From Pavona decussata (Eukaryota), in contig CDRNST010000213.1 in the NCBI GenBank assembly GCA_977016875.1, forward strand, positions 806,001 through 870,000: 64,000 bases of DNA. Direction: 5' to 3'. Numbering within the stretch: position 1 is the first letter of the stretch; every line of letters begins with the position of its first letter. The translations under genes were made by a program, and so were the position numbers. Shown in pieces: positions 1 through 12,874 of the stretch. The notes under the pieces were generated by a model. The model ran no database searches, had not been told where the DNA came from, and was given only the letters and a program-made list of their open reading frames with translations.

Positions 1-846
1 AAATGGAATCCCGAATTTACAAGCAGTTGTTAGCTATACAAAAAATGCAAGCCGTTTTGTTTTGGTATTTTTAACTAGATGTTTGTCCCTCCGAAAACGA
101 AAGGAATTGGCTTTCCCGTGTTACGAAATTTGAGCTGATGTTCTTCTGAAGAAAACTGTAAAAATTTATTTAAAATTAAATCCGATTTTCTAAGGGGATT
201 AAGGCCCCCCGAACAGATATCTACCAAAATGAACTGTTTGGTGTCCCTGATTTGATTGGTAGACAACAGGTTGTTGTGATCATTCAAGTGTCATTGTTTC
301 CGTGAAAGCTAGCTTCACATTGCAGAAATTAACAAAAAAAGGGGTCTTGATAGACGCTGTGATGACCATTTTTGGGAATAAAGTAATCAGGTAAGAGTTG
401 ACATTGATAGTTGCATTTTTCTTCTCGTTCAAATTCTAAACGTATTCTGAAATAGTTTATACATGCTAGGTATAACTCGTTTAAATTTACTCAGCTTATT
501 ATATGCTGTGTATAGAGACACTATAAATCACCAGAGAAGAGATTTGGACAGACTACTTTTTAACAAACAAAGCGCTACACTTCTTTGTAAGCTTCTCTAA
601 ATTTATGAAGGATTTCTCGTGGGCATTTGGAAAACTGTTTTGAAGATTTGATTGATTTTCTGCCAGATTTGATAGTGTTAAATTATTATTGTAGCTTGTC
701 AATGACTTGTAGTTAAATCGTTCTTTTAATGGTTTATCAATCTAAGAATTTGCATTAAACTTACCCCGAAGATAAACTCGTCCCAGGAATTTGTATTTAG
801 ACAAGAAATTTGTTTATTGAACTGACAGACTAGTACTGTGAACTGG

Positions 847-3800
847 CTAAAATTCACAATGCATTGTAAACAGGGTGGAGTTCAGCTGCCCTTCCATCAC
901 CTCTAAGAAGCTGCTAAAGAACTAAGAGTCCAATTGGTTTGATTTCGAAAGAAAAATAAGCGGACTGGGAGATATTTTTCAAAACATATCAAACTGTAAT
1001 TTATGATCACTGTCCCCACACAAAGTCCAATAAATATTTCGTCCTCTATTGCCTTTATATTTTCGAGGACAGTTAAAAATCCCAAAGGGTCAGTTATTAA
1101 AAGACAGTTTAGACGATGTTTGGCCAACAATCATTTACTTCATCAACAATCATCTGCTTCTGACGGTAACAAGAAAGGCTGCACTCCAGACCAGAAAACT
1201 ATTTATCTGCTTAAAACACTACTTATAAATAGATTTGGAGGCCTGCTGATAGTCTTAAGCTGCGGCCTAAGTTAGACTCTGTTTGAAAAACTGGTCCAAA
1301 ATCTTTAAGGACGGCTCTGCGGCGTCTAAAACTGACATAAGACCTGCCTTACACAAGCTTTCGTCTTCCAATTTGAATTGCGCTAGTATTGCAAGACTAT
1401 TATAAGATATTTGTACCTTTGCAGCCCTTTCCTGTGTAGCCTTTTCTGCAAATGCATTCAAACGTTTCTCCAAGATTGACACAAGACCCTCCATTGTGAC
1501 AGGGATTTGGCAAACAAACACCACCTAAAGGCAACGGGAAGTAATCAAATGTAAATTATAAGAAGGTGAAAAAAAAAAAAAACTAAAGTTCTCAAAATTG
1601 AATCTCACTAATTGACCATGCTAGATGGAACTAGGAGAATTAATACTCTCCCCTAGGATGGGGAACTAGTTTATCGTTCGGTTGTTTTTAAGTATTTTGC
1701 AAGGCTCTATTTCAGTCTATTGGTAAACATTCTGTCTGGGTAGAGTGTCGTGCCTCGACTAACTCTAGCTCTTGCGACAGGCTACTCTTCACCTTGTCGA
1801 TAAAAGCCGTTTGAGCATTGGCTGACCTCGTCTACCGAAATTTCAACTTAATTCCTGATTTCTCCAGGGGTATTTGTTAAACGGAGTTTTCGTTTTTGGA
1901 GTGTTACACATACGCACAAATTACAGAAAATGGCAAATCCCCACATCGCCGAGCAACAGGTTGGGGTACGAATGTGGCTTGGGTTTGTAGCTGGTTCTCC
2001 TCCCTAAACCAAGAGCTTTTTTCTAGGTTCTTCGGTTTTCCCTGCTTCCTCCACAAATAAAGTCTATTTCCAAATTCCATTTAGACGAAGAGCCACTCTG
2101 TGGATGTGTCACTGAAATTCCCTAATTTTTTTGTTTGTTATTTTAAGTGCGGTCTTCTTATTAGAGAGTGACCAGAAACAGTGTCATCCTCAGATCATGA
2201 TCTCTGACGGGAATGCTATGTTCTGTTTAACAGTTATTCCACAAGCACGCGTTGGATATGAAATGATAGACAGGTATAATTAACCCTTTTCCAACAAGCG
2301 CTAGTTGAATACATGTTTTATTAAGAACCTCGCTATTTGTCGGGCATTGAGTAATGGCTGATATCGCATAACCGCTAAGCCAATCAAAGCGCTGGAATTG
2401 TATTATGCAATGATACAGTATTTAAAAATACAGTTATTCCTCAGGATTACGTTAAGTTTTCCCAACGATTTCCTTATATGCCGTAATTGTTACAATTTAC
2501 CCTTATATAGAGAGGTAATATTGAGAAACGCTTCTTTTCAGTCTTAAGTTAAGTTGGTGTTTCACGTGTAAATTTTAATGACAAGTCAACATTTGACAAA
2601 TTTTGTATTAGCTCCTGGCCTATGTGAGACAACATTTGTAAAGTTTACCCTTGAACAATCTCCTTGTTAAAAAGGCTGTCTTTTCAGTTCTTAATTATGT
2701 TCACGGAAAACTTGCTCAATCTTTACACTCTTACAAGCAAAAGTTGTCAAAACAATCATGAGAAAACTTGCTCATGTGCAACGAGTCTTAGTTTCGAGTC
2801 TTTCTGCCAAAGGATACTTTTTAAAGGGGAGTTTTGAATGTTTCTTTACAAGGATATATGTGAATTGCCGACATGACAAGATTATCAAGCTTTAATCCCA
2901 GCAAATGTTCTCTTGTCTTCAAGGTGAGCTATATAATTGGGCACTTGTGAATTAGTAAGGTACTTGGCAAAAAGATAGGGTTAATTAATATACAATGGTA
3001 AGTTAAATTCACTCCTAGCTCCGTAAGCCAGTGATTAAAGCGGAATGGTTAGCGATAATCAGAACAGCAGATTTATTTGCTTGACTAAAAAATAAGCCAT
3101 AACACATAACAAAAGCAAGATCACTTTTGCAGGTGCTGTAGCTGCGTTGTGTAACACCGCAAAATTTTGGGTCCATGACAATTCTGAATTTCCGATCTTC
3201 GATATATGAAACGTCTCAGACTAAAAATTTCCCCTTGAAAGTAGTTTTGATACTAAAGGCTGGTAATAAGTAGTTTAACGGAATTATCACTGTTGAAAAC
3301 TACGATCCTTACTTCAACTGAGAAAAGCTTCATAAATTCAACTTATTATTATATGAACTTGCTAAGAATTGGTTCATTTTATGATATCATTGAACTTCCG
3401 AAATTTTTTTTATTAGATTATTAGTCATTTTCTATTGGATATATGAGCAACTTTTGTCTTCAAAGACTAATGTACTAACACCTAATATTTGCAAGAAAGA
3501 TGCGCTGGTTTAAAGGAGATTTCAAATGTTTAGAAAATAACCCTTTTGGACAAGCGAATGTAGTGGTTTTTTTAAATGTCACTAAACTACGTAAAATTAG
3601 TTTTCTGTAACATGCCTCCTATATAAGCTAAAATAATTTACCCTCATAACAATTTCCGCTATTCGCTAGAACAAACTGTTCTTAATCGGTTATAAGCAAA
3701 CCATTTCCAGACAATGTCGAAGGCGGAACTCTAAAAATAAAGTTAAAAAAAAAAAAAAAAACAACAACAACTTAATCTGCAGAAAATCGCGGATTATTCG

Positions 3801-5572
3801 GTCTCTGTCTCTTGAAATTTAGTTTAATTCTCGAAGTAATCACCATTTTTATTTACTCTTATGGAATTTAATTTCAATAGTTGTGGTTGAGCTAACGCTT
3901 TATTCGATAAAGTAAAACAGAATTCAAACTGACCTTTATAGCCGTCTTTCTACATAATAACTATAATAACTGAGTGAAATACAATAAGAAAGGAAATAAA
4001 TGCGAGATTCGATAATCACAGAGCTTCGTCCTATCAAGAAATGGTCCATTGTACCGGATCAAATTCGTCACCTCACTTGTAAACAGAAGTCTTTTGTTGT
4101 TTTGTGCGCTGAGGGACTTGTGCCGAGAATTGGCGAAGATGAGGTGATGATTATCGTAAAAATTCGAGGTGACAAATTAGCTGCATTAGGGTAGTGTGGC
4201 GCGGAAAGCTGCGTCGTTGTACATAATCGAATTTTACAGCAAAAATAGCAATCGGAGGGATCACAACTAACCAACTAACTCATTTGTATATATTTTGTTT
4301 GAAAAGAATCTAGAGGAACACCGCTCAGTATTTCATTTTCGGCCCGACTGTTGCCCCTCACCTCCGATTTCAGATCTTAGCAAACGTTCTTACCTCTCCG
4401 GTCGAAATCCATATTTTATCTTGTTCAGTTTGATCCAAAGTATTTTGGACGAGTCTATCAATCAAGGATTTCTGTTTTTGAGGCTTAATTCTTGTGACAT
4501 CGAGAACGCATTGCTTAACTGAAAGTTTGAAAACTATCGCCGATGGCGTCAGCTCTTGGCCTTTTTATCCACCTGTACTCTTATTGACAATAAATTAGCA
4601 GATTAATTATCAACTTTACAGGCGATATTAGCGTAAAATTAGTTAACTAAGTATGATATTTTTTCATAAGTACCTCTTGACAAAAGAAAATATTGGCATT
4701 GCCTTTTCAGTGAGGGGGAATCATGTTAAGTTCATTCTAAATGTTCTCTGATAACCAAGAATGACAACAATACGAGTGTCTACGCTCTTTGAAGCAGTGT
4801 CGACTTACCAGGTTAAGAAAATGCACATATTTAAGCGTGGACATTGAAATGCAAGTATAAAACTGAACAAGGACCCACCTAATTCATCAAGGTCGGCCTC
4901 ACTTTCATCTGATAAGTCGTTAATACCTTGATCCCCAGCAGAATTTAATTGTAGCAAGGCTGGCAGATTCAGTCCATTACCAACTAACTCCTGTTGCTCA
5001 ATATTTGGTTTAAGTGGAATAGAATCGTACTTTAACCTGTTAGGTCTCTTAAAAACATGCACATCAGTCGCCATGTTCCCTCCAACATTTCCAGGCAACT
5101 GCAATCGGTTTCTGTATATGTTTAAAGCAGGTAACAGTCTGGCCAGCTGAAGTCCGTATGGTAATCGTAGCGCCGCTGGGTTTTGAATCAACCCATTCGT
5201 CGTGGGAACCAAACCGGTGTATTGCGGAAGTTGTTGCAAAGCAGGAGCTAGCTGATAACCAGTAGCAAGCCTTGTTCCGTAAGGTACTGCTAGGGGGTTT
5301 ATTCCGAGAGCGGCGCGGTTAAGTCCTGCTAAAGCAGCCAGTGAAATACCACGGTTTTTCCGCGTTTTGACAAGGTGTTTGCCAGAAAGTTGTTTAGCGT
5401 TCTTATTGAACTTGTTGTTATCCTGTACAGTCCTGTTTTGGGGGACGATGTTTTTTGTTTTGGTAACGTTTCGTCCTCCTCCATGTTTATGCTTAGCGTT
5501 GTGTGCGATGACTTGTTGAACGACAATTACGAAAACAATCACAACCAAAAGACGCCCCAGCCCTTGACACAT
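847..5572 (-). CDS. Gene A: secreted protein with signal peptide, basic pro-region, Leu/Ala/Gly/Pro-rich block and one EGF-like domain
   Basis: Exon 1 is 5572-4879 ([23 protein letters not shown] signal; donor TTAG|GTGGGT, phase 1). The EGF exon is 1524-1417 (ctttag|...[35 protein letters not shown]|gtacaa; 108 bp, phase 1-1). The 3' end is uncertain: either exon 902-847 ([18 protein letters not shown]) or read-through to the stop at 1400. Confidence 0.75.
1970..2122 (+). mobile_element. Degenerate tRNA-derived SINE body, same family as the copies at 33396 and 35320
   Basis: Shares the pattern 'ggttctc...ttttct.ggtt.t.cggttttccct...ccaaattcca...gaagagccactctgtgga...ctgaaattc' with 35320-35510. 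Confidence 0.55.
2232..2432. repeat. Dispersed repeat; second copy at ~24803-25090
   Basis: Both copies share 'cacaagc.cgc.tt.gatatga.atgataga' and 'gctaagccaatcaaa...aattg.attat.caatgat.cagt.ttt'. Confidence 0.6.
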
Positions 5573-7012
5573 TGTCTACGATCATAGCCACATCCACATA
5601 ACACACCCAGGCTGGTTTAACCCATCTTGTTAATCGAAAATCTAATAAACTAAATGAATTATTTTCAGAGGCAAAACTAGACGACCTCGTTATTCACGTC
5701 GATGCAATTTTTCACTTCCAGTAATATTAAATTAACAAGTTTCTGGTTACATCATCTCTAAAGCAAATACTTCTTGAATGACGTAAAAGCTGAGATGTTT
5801 AAGGAGTTTTCATAGCACGACTTCGAAACACTATTTGCTCTTGCTAGTTTTTGGATTTATTGTCAGAAAGAAAGCGAAAATAGAAAAATAATTTATTTTT
5901 TAGACGCCGATCATTTTAATGTGTTCCACAAACTTTGACACTATACTGAAACACCTGCTAACCTGCCATGATTCGGTCAAGCCTTCTCACATCTCTTTTT
6001 ATTGCCCTTCTTAAATTACCAACTAGGTTGTTATCATATTGGGCTACTGTGTCGTAATTTTAAGCTTTATTTTATAATTTCCTGTATTGACTCTTAATCC
6101 TTTATTTCTGTCTTTAGAATTTTTTTTCAATCGTTCAATTGTTGGTATGAGGTACATCGTTATCTCTCGAATTCATATTTGATGGTAAATTTTCTCCTCT
6201 TGACTGGGTTTTTACCAAGGAAGCGTAGCACCATTTTTATTGTAAGTAAACAATGCTAACAAACCAGAACAATTATAGCAATTAAGGTTTTTTAATTCTG
6301 GACTTCCTTCAGATGTAACTTTGTTTACGAATCAAGCTCCTAAGCAAATAACTTTATTCACAAAAAGAGCGAAATTATTTCCTACACAGACTGCTCTAAC
6401 ATTTGGTAAACTAGGACCGCACAGAATACACACAAAATTTCCAAATTAATCGCTTCGTATAAACCTCTTGTTTGATTAATGTACCGTTTAAAACTCAGCC
6501 GTCTATAGAGTGCCTTTAGTCACAACTTTCAAGAGTCCAAACACGACAAATATGAAAGCTTTATTTGGAAAGACAACAAACACCAACGATGGCTTTTAAC
6601 GCGTTCCAGCTAAGTTGCACAAAAACCCACCCGTAAGATTTAGTGGGAATGTGGCAATAATCCTATTTCAGGGTGGTAAAAATACCACGAGGCGCAATTC
6701 AGTTGTTTCAGGACCGGAAACGATGTGAGTTGTAAAACACAGTCTGGGACAGCGGAATAAAATGAGGTCTGAGATACTACTCGTAATTCCTTGTTACAGA
6801 AACCGAACCAAACAACTTGGAAGGGTAAATAGTCTTTAAGTGCTACTTTATGTTGTGTAGATACTGTTGAAACTGAAATCTAAACTGTCACCTTCCCCCA
6901 GTCTGACCAAAGGTGATTCAACTTCTACAATTACATAGCCCTGGATATTTCATCAACATTACTAAACTACTTCTGCTAAAATGCGATTTCCAATCACAGT
7001 CTGTGACTGATT

Positions 7013-7207
7013 ACATCATCTAGATCAGGAAAACCCTCATACGCATTTAATTTCAACACACAGTCTACAAATGCTACTATAAAAGTTTCGTCGAAAGGCT
7101 TGTCAGTTGATCGCCATGTCTTTCGAGGAAACTAGTTTTATAGTCGCATATGTAAACTGTGTGTTGCAATTAAATGCAAATGAGGCTTTTCCTGATCAAG
7201 ATGGCGT
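7013..7207. other. Long near-perfect inverted repeat (hairpin), arms ~90 bp, loop ~8 nt
   Basis: 7017-7097 (catctagatcaggaaaaccctcat...gtttcgtcgaaag) matches the reverse complement of 7120-7203 with isolated mismatches and one 3-nt indel. Confidence 0.85.
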
Positions 7208-8175
7208 TGAGTAATACTTTCTTGGCTTCGATATAGAGCACTTCACAGGACTGTGAATTGGTAAAGTTCAATTAAAATCAATCAGTTTGATTATTTAACG
7301 ATGGAGCCCAGATTTCCATAACCCACAGTTTGCATTATCAGGGTGTCCACACCACTTTCTGTTTATTTGTTTTTATATACAATGTGTATCCATTTAGGGG
7401 TAAAATAAAGACAATTAAGCATTTTAACCCCGAAAAGCTCAGTATGTTACATATACAAACACCCTGTACAAGGTTCACTAGTTGTTCTGTATTTGTGAAT
7501 ACCCCAGCATTTTACATTTGGTAACTGCATAGGGACCTGACCTATTAAATAAAAACGAGACTAAGGTTTCTTTTGTTCGATATAAAAAACGTTCCATCCT
7601 GTAAAGAGAAAGACGGAGCTGGTCTATAATCAGTGAAATAAATCATTTGAGTTGCAAGTATGACGGTAAATATACGCATACGGGGCCTGATGCCAGTTCA
7701 GACGTCACAGCACGTATGTTAGCTCTTCAAGTTGACTAGTTTCCTGCGTCCAACTCGTTTCTGATAAACATTTATTCAAGGAAAGTACAAAATCTCTTGC
7801 AAAAGGAGTTTACATTTCACCTAATGTTTTAGCGGTCTCAAGTTGATTTACGGGAATGAATCTTGCTGGTTACTAGTGTATAGAGACGGTGGTGTCGGAA
7901 GGGCACGTGATTAATGAGAAATTTAAATTTCTCATTTCTATTCAAGTCGAGCTCCCATTGGCTCTCTTGTTCGCGCGCCACGCTTCAACATGCGCTTTTG
8001 TGCATGTGAGAATTTTTTCACCGTGAGCAAAAATATATTATGAAATCGACTTGTAGGCAACTCTGTAATTTAGTACCTACTGTGAAGGAAAAAAAATCCT
8101 TTGACCCATCGAAACAAACACTACGATCACTTTGTAAAGCATCTTAAAAACTTTTTATCGCACTATTATTTAAAC

Positions 8176-8493
8176 CACATTTTACTAACAATAGACAAAC
8201 AGACTTTTTGACGTACAAAATACCGATCGAAACCCACTAATCACTTTTTACAGCCTTGACACGGCTTTACCTCTCGATGTCGTTGACCAATCAGGTCAAC
8301 AACCAGAGACATCTTTTATCAATCTGCTGACGTTCCACAATTAACTTCACTCTGAAGATGACTTCAGCTCAGGTTGTCGGAACGTCAGTCAATGCCACCT
8401 CGAACAGTCCTTCTGAGAACTACACTCACCCGGATGATCATAGTTTACGTTAATGTATGACATTTCTCCTGGGTTCACACCATTTACAGTTTT
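8176..8493 (+). mobile_element. Penelope-like element pLTR/3' remnant with a degenerate minimal hammerhead ribozyme (8346-8392)
   Basis: Homologous to 33720-34042, which follows a Penelope ORF fragment. Contains CTGAAGA-T-GAC...GTC-GGAA-CGTC-AGTCAA. Confidence 0.7.
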
Positions 8494-10808
8494 ACTGTTT
8501 AGACTCCATTTACCGACATATATCTTAACAACTTTTAACATCCTGTCTCAGCTACTTTCCTCATCTTGCAAATCCTCTTGCCACCATATACGGTGATTTC
8601 ATCCCCTATTCCGCCCACGTCCCGCATCAGTTGCAAACTCAGTGAAGCTTAACAGGCACATCATTACACAACCAAGCTCAATCGCTAACAAAAAAATTGT
8701 TATTTGATTAAATGCAATGTTGTTTTTGTCAAAGTGGAATGTAAAAATATGCATTTTGACTTTCTTTAGAACCACTAAAAATACTAAAATAAGAAAGCAA
8801 GCAAAAGGAAATACAGCTTATATTTCGGGTTATTTCATGAGTTTGTGCAAATCAAATATGGTAGCTACTCACTAGTTTCACACCCAGAGGAAACATTACT
8901 TTTCTGAAGGTTAAGTTAAAATGAATCAGCATGAGAAATGATAATTTCTGCTGGCAAGCAAATGAAAGGAAAAGATGTGACTTATAGCACAGCAGCAGAT
9001 GTACTTAGTAATTTTAGTGCCCCTTCCTTGAAATCGTTTGACTTTGATTTGTCCACAAACATCATTTCCTAACTTTTAAATTCCAACGTTGATATTGCAA
9101 ATCCAAAATCCTTTTTACTTTTTTATCATCAGCCGCTAAAATTCATAGAGCAGAAAAGGTGATTTGAAACAGTCGTCAAGTTCAGTTGATGTTACACGTG
9201 ACGTCGAGTCATGACAACGACACCGCGTCGTTTCAGTTCTTGTTTGTTATCCGCGACCATTCGCAATAACGGGCGCCAGTAAGACAAGAGAGCAATTTTA
9301 GGTCGACGTTTGCATTGTGAGCAAGTTTCCAAGTTTTGAACCCATTAGAAAACCCGTTGGGTATAGACAACTCAATTGCGTTGAAATTCGTCCGAGCACA
9401 CATGTTACAGGGGGATAAACTTTTCATGCGGTATTGCTTCTTTAAAAACTCGTCGTTCGGCCTTTTATGTATAATATATCTTTAGTATTTTTATTATTAG
9501 TGATTTTGTCTCATGTTTAGGAAGCCAAAATGATACGTTACGTACTTAAACTCTAAACTCTAGTGCGATTAGTATAATCCAGGATCAGAGTTATCTTTGA
9601 TGTCAGAATTTTTTTTTATTAAACTGCACTTATGAATGGAGACTCCTCGGAGAAAATTCATCCACGGAGATACGCTTTCAAGAAAATATAAAGATCTTGG
9701 TTAATTATTGTTATGGTTTATCCTTAATCTACTCCCTAGTAACTGAACCCTGGACTGATTAACAATCACAGTTGACATCATTTTTTGCATCTTTATTATT
9801 TATTTGTTTTGCTAAATACTATTGTTAACTTAGCCTAAGGTTTATTTTTCATGCATTGTGAAGTAATTGTTTTACTTTTGAGGAAAAGCAAGTTTGACAT
9901 CATCATCAAGTGCATAAGAATAATAATTATGCCTCTTGCCAAACCATGTAAGGCAGTTACCATCTAAGTTGAGGTCTAGAGGTGACGGGGAATGGTGAAG
10001 TTTTTCTTAATAAATTTCTATGTATCGTCGCGGTATTCCTCCGACTTACCAGAGGGAGAAGACAAGAAAAATTTTGTACTAGAAAATAAACCTAAAGATG
10101 AGTATTTTTGCTCAGAAAAGGCACAGTTAAACATTGTTGCTATATCTTTGTTCCTCAAATATATCGTTGCGTTTTATATGACCATAGCGGACACGAACAA
10201 GAAGATGTGTTCTGTTTTGTTCCCTACTAAAGGTTTACATATTGGAAGTCGTGTGGGATAGATGGTGAAAATTTAGGCTTCCTTTAACATAAACTATTTT
10301 GCTGCATTCATAATACTTTTTTAAACTGTGGATGTGGTTCTGTTTATGAAACGAAGGTTGTCTTCATCGATCTCGTCGTACTTAAACTTGCGGCCAACTC
10401 AGCACAAGGCGTCTTGTTACCTACGAGTTTAAGACTTGATTCCATGTCGTAATTATTTTATGTTTGTAAATGGTTTCACATTTCAGCGTTTGTTTAGAGC
10501 TGCTACATAATTCGCCTCACAATAAACTTTTTTTTTTAATTTTGAGAAATAATACATGGGCAATAATTATCTACCATCGGTTTGCATTTTTAACTGGGTT
10601 GTATTTAGAAAATTATTTGTTTCATCATTCTGTGCGTTCCTCAATGTACAGGAGTAATTGAACTTCAAACTATTTTATTTCTGCATTTTTCTCCAAGGTT
10701 AAAACCTTGCTTCATGTATATGTAATCTCTGTACTGTTTGTATGAAATCTGAAAAATTTTATTCCGTTTGAAGGGGTTGGAATTTTTCCCATGTGTTAAT
10801 ATCACACT

Positions 10809-12874
10809 TTAGATGTTTGGTGCTCTTTGTCGTCGACTGTTATTTATTACTGTCCTTTTGGTCCCCATTTGATCACCAAAAGTACTTTTTTCAGAAGCTA
10901 TCAAGCTGGATTGGGAGGTTATTGTTTTTATTTTTCTCATTCTGCTTAGGTATTTCCTCTTATCCTGCAAAACTGGTGCTTGGTAACTTCCTCTTTCACG
11001 TTTGAAGAGTGTTGTGTCTTTCCTTTGTAAACAACACTCGTGATGACAGTAGTAAAGACAGTTAAATGGCCTGCATTCCGATGGACAGGGTACGTTAATG
11101 TTAAAAGGCGATGATCCCGCAGCTTGAGTTGAACTTGACAAACGAGCAGAGTGCTCCGAGGTTGCCCTGCAGCAAGGTTCGTCGCAATTAGGATAACATG
11201 ATCGTGAACATCCAGGATGGCAAACGGCAGCCGATGATAACAACGCAAAAGGTTGACGTTTTGGAACAGGTTGATTTTGCTTTCTTGTGGGATTTTCTGT
11301 TGGAAAATGCTTCTTAATGTCCGCTCTGCAGCAGCTAATCGTGCAAGCAGGGAAGCATTCGGAAACACAGCCACCAGGACATAGAGGCGCACTGGATTGT
11401 ACTTGTGAAGTAGCTAGTAGTTTTGATGGTGTTGGCGAATGCGATAACCGAGCGCAACATCCTGCAGGGCATGATGGCACACATTTGCCGTTACAACCTG
11501 CTGGACAATTGGGGTTGGAGGGTGTTGGTTGCTTAGCAAAGAAATTGTCGTATGATTGTTTAGCTTGCCCTTGTGCTGCTATTGGTTCCTTTGGCACTTC
11601 ACCTCTTCGACAACAGTTTTCTAAGCATTGAGGATAGCAGTAAGCTGGGCAACTGGCTGTGCAGGAAGCATGCGGCTTAGAGGGGACTACAGATGACGAA
11701 AGATGAGGTGGAGTTATCGGTGATGATTTTACAGTTTTAATTGGTTCTGTCGGACGTTTCGCTGCCACAGGTGGAATTTTACTCTTCGAACAACAATGCA
11801 TTGGGCAACTGTTAGAACAGAACCAAGAACAGGATGGTTGGCAATGTAATGGTGTACCGACTTTACTCAAAGTTGGTTTACTTGGTTTTTCACGACAGCA
11901 TCTTTGGGGACAAAGATGTGAGCATGTCCCATTGCAAAATTCAGGGCAAGTAATATTTGAATCCTTTGGACTTTCCGCAACACCTACTTGCTTGAAGATT
12001 ATATGCGTTTCCACGCCGAGATTTTTTGGCTTTGTGGGCTGAGCTCCCTTAACTTTATGATCGTCCATTTTTAAAGGAAACTTCTTATGCTTGGAGTCAT
12101 AGATATTACCATACATACTGTACATCATGTTTAAAAAGTTCATCATCCCGAACCAACTCATTGCGTTTCTAAAAAAGTCAGCGTTGTTTTTGCTTTCGCT
12201 TTTCAGGTGTTGAAAATCGGTTTCCTTGAAGGTTGTAGAAGTCGAATTTCGCTCACAACAAATGGGTGGACACTTGGAGTCACATTTGATTTTGCACGCC
12301 CTTGGACAAAACTTTTCTGCCATCGTTTTCATAAAACTCTCCTGAACTTTGGGGTCCAACATGGGAAATTGATTCTTCACTCCAGAAAGATAGCAACATG
12401 CTTTTGGACAGGATGGCTGACAGTTTGCCATACAGCTTACGGGACACTTTCCCAGACAACACCTAATGGAACAGGTATCTCGACACTCAGTTTTACAGTT
12501 GTCAGGACATCCTTCTTCCTCTGAGAGGGGTTTTGCTTCCGTTTCTGAAACTGCAAACCCACCTGACGGATTTTTCAAGTTTATAGCTTCTAGATTAGTT
12601 TCATCTGATTCGCTGGGTCGCTGTTGAAAGTCTGGTGCAAAGTTAGTTATAGCTTCACCCACTTTGACTATAGGTTTAAGGACAACTTCTGAAGGATGTG
12701 GACCGTGTTTGTTTTTTGGAGGAGGGGCATTGGGTGGTACGGTTATCTGTTGGGTATCTCCATCATTGTAATGAATCTTGAGCACTGGATGATGCTTGCA
12801 GCAGTTTGGTGGGCATCTGGCGTGACATGTCGTGGTGCATTGGATGGGGCAGTTCCTGTGTGTTATCTTATACG
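10809..12874 (-). CDS. Gene B terminal exon encoding 11 CxxxCxxxCxxxCxxxCC (minicollagen/NOWA-type) Cys-rich domains
   Basis: Acceptor tttaaacag at 12875. Examples: CPIQCTTTCHARCPPNCC, CPDNCKTECRDTCSIRCC, CPVSCMANCQPSCPKACC, CPAGCNGKCVPSCPAGCC. The last copy, CPSECRPFNCLYYCHHECC, has one extra residue. Confidence 0.9.

Noticed and set aside
75-620. 70-aa minus-strand ORF and plus-strand donor-like sites (390, 586)
   Set aside because: No recognisable domain and no consistent exon chain.
1267-1524. 85-aa [12 protein letters not shown]...
   Set aside because: Wrong frame. The same bases encode a clean EGF exon (1524-1417) bounded by AG/GT.
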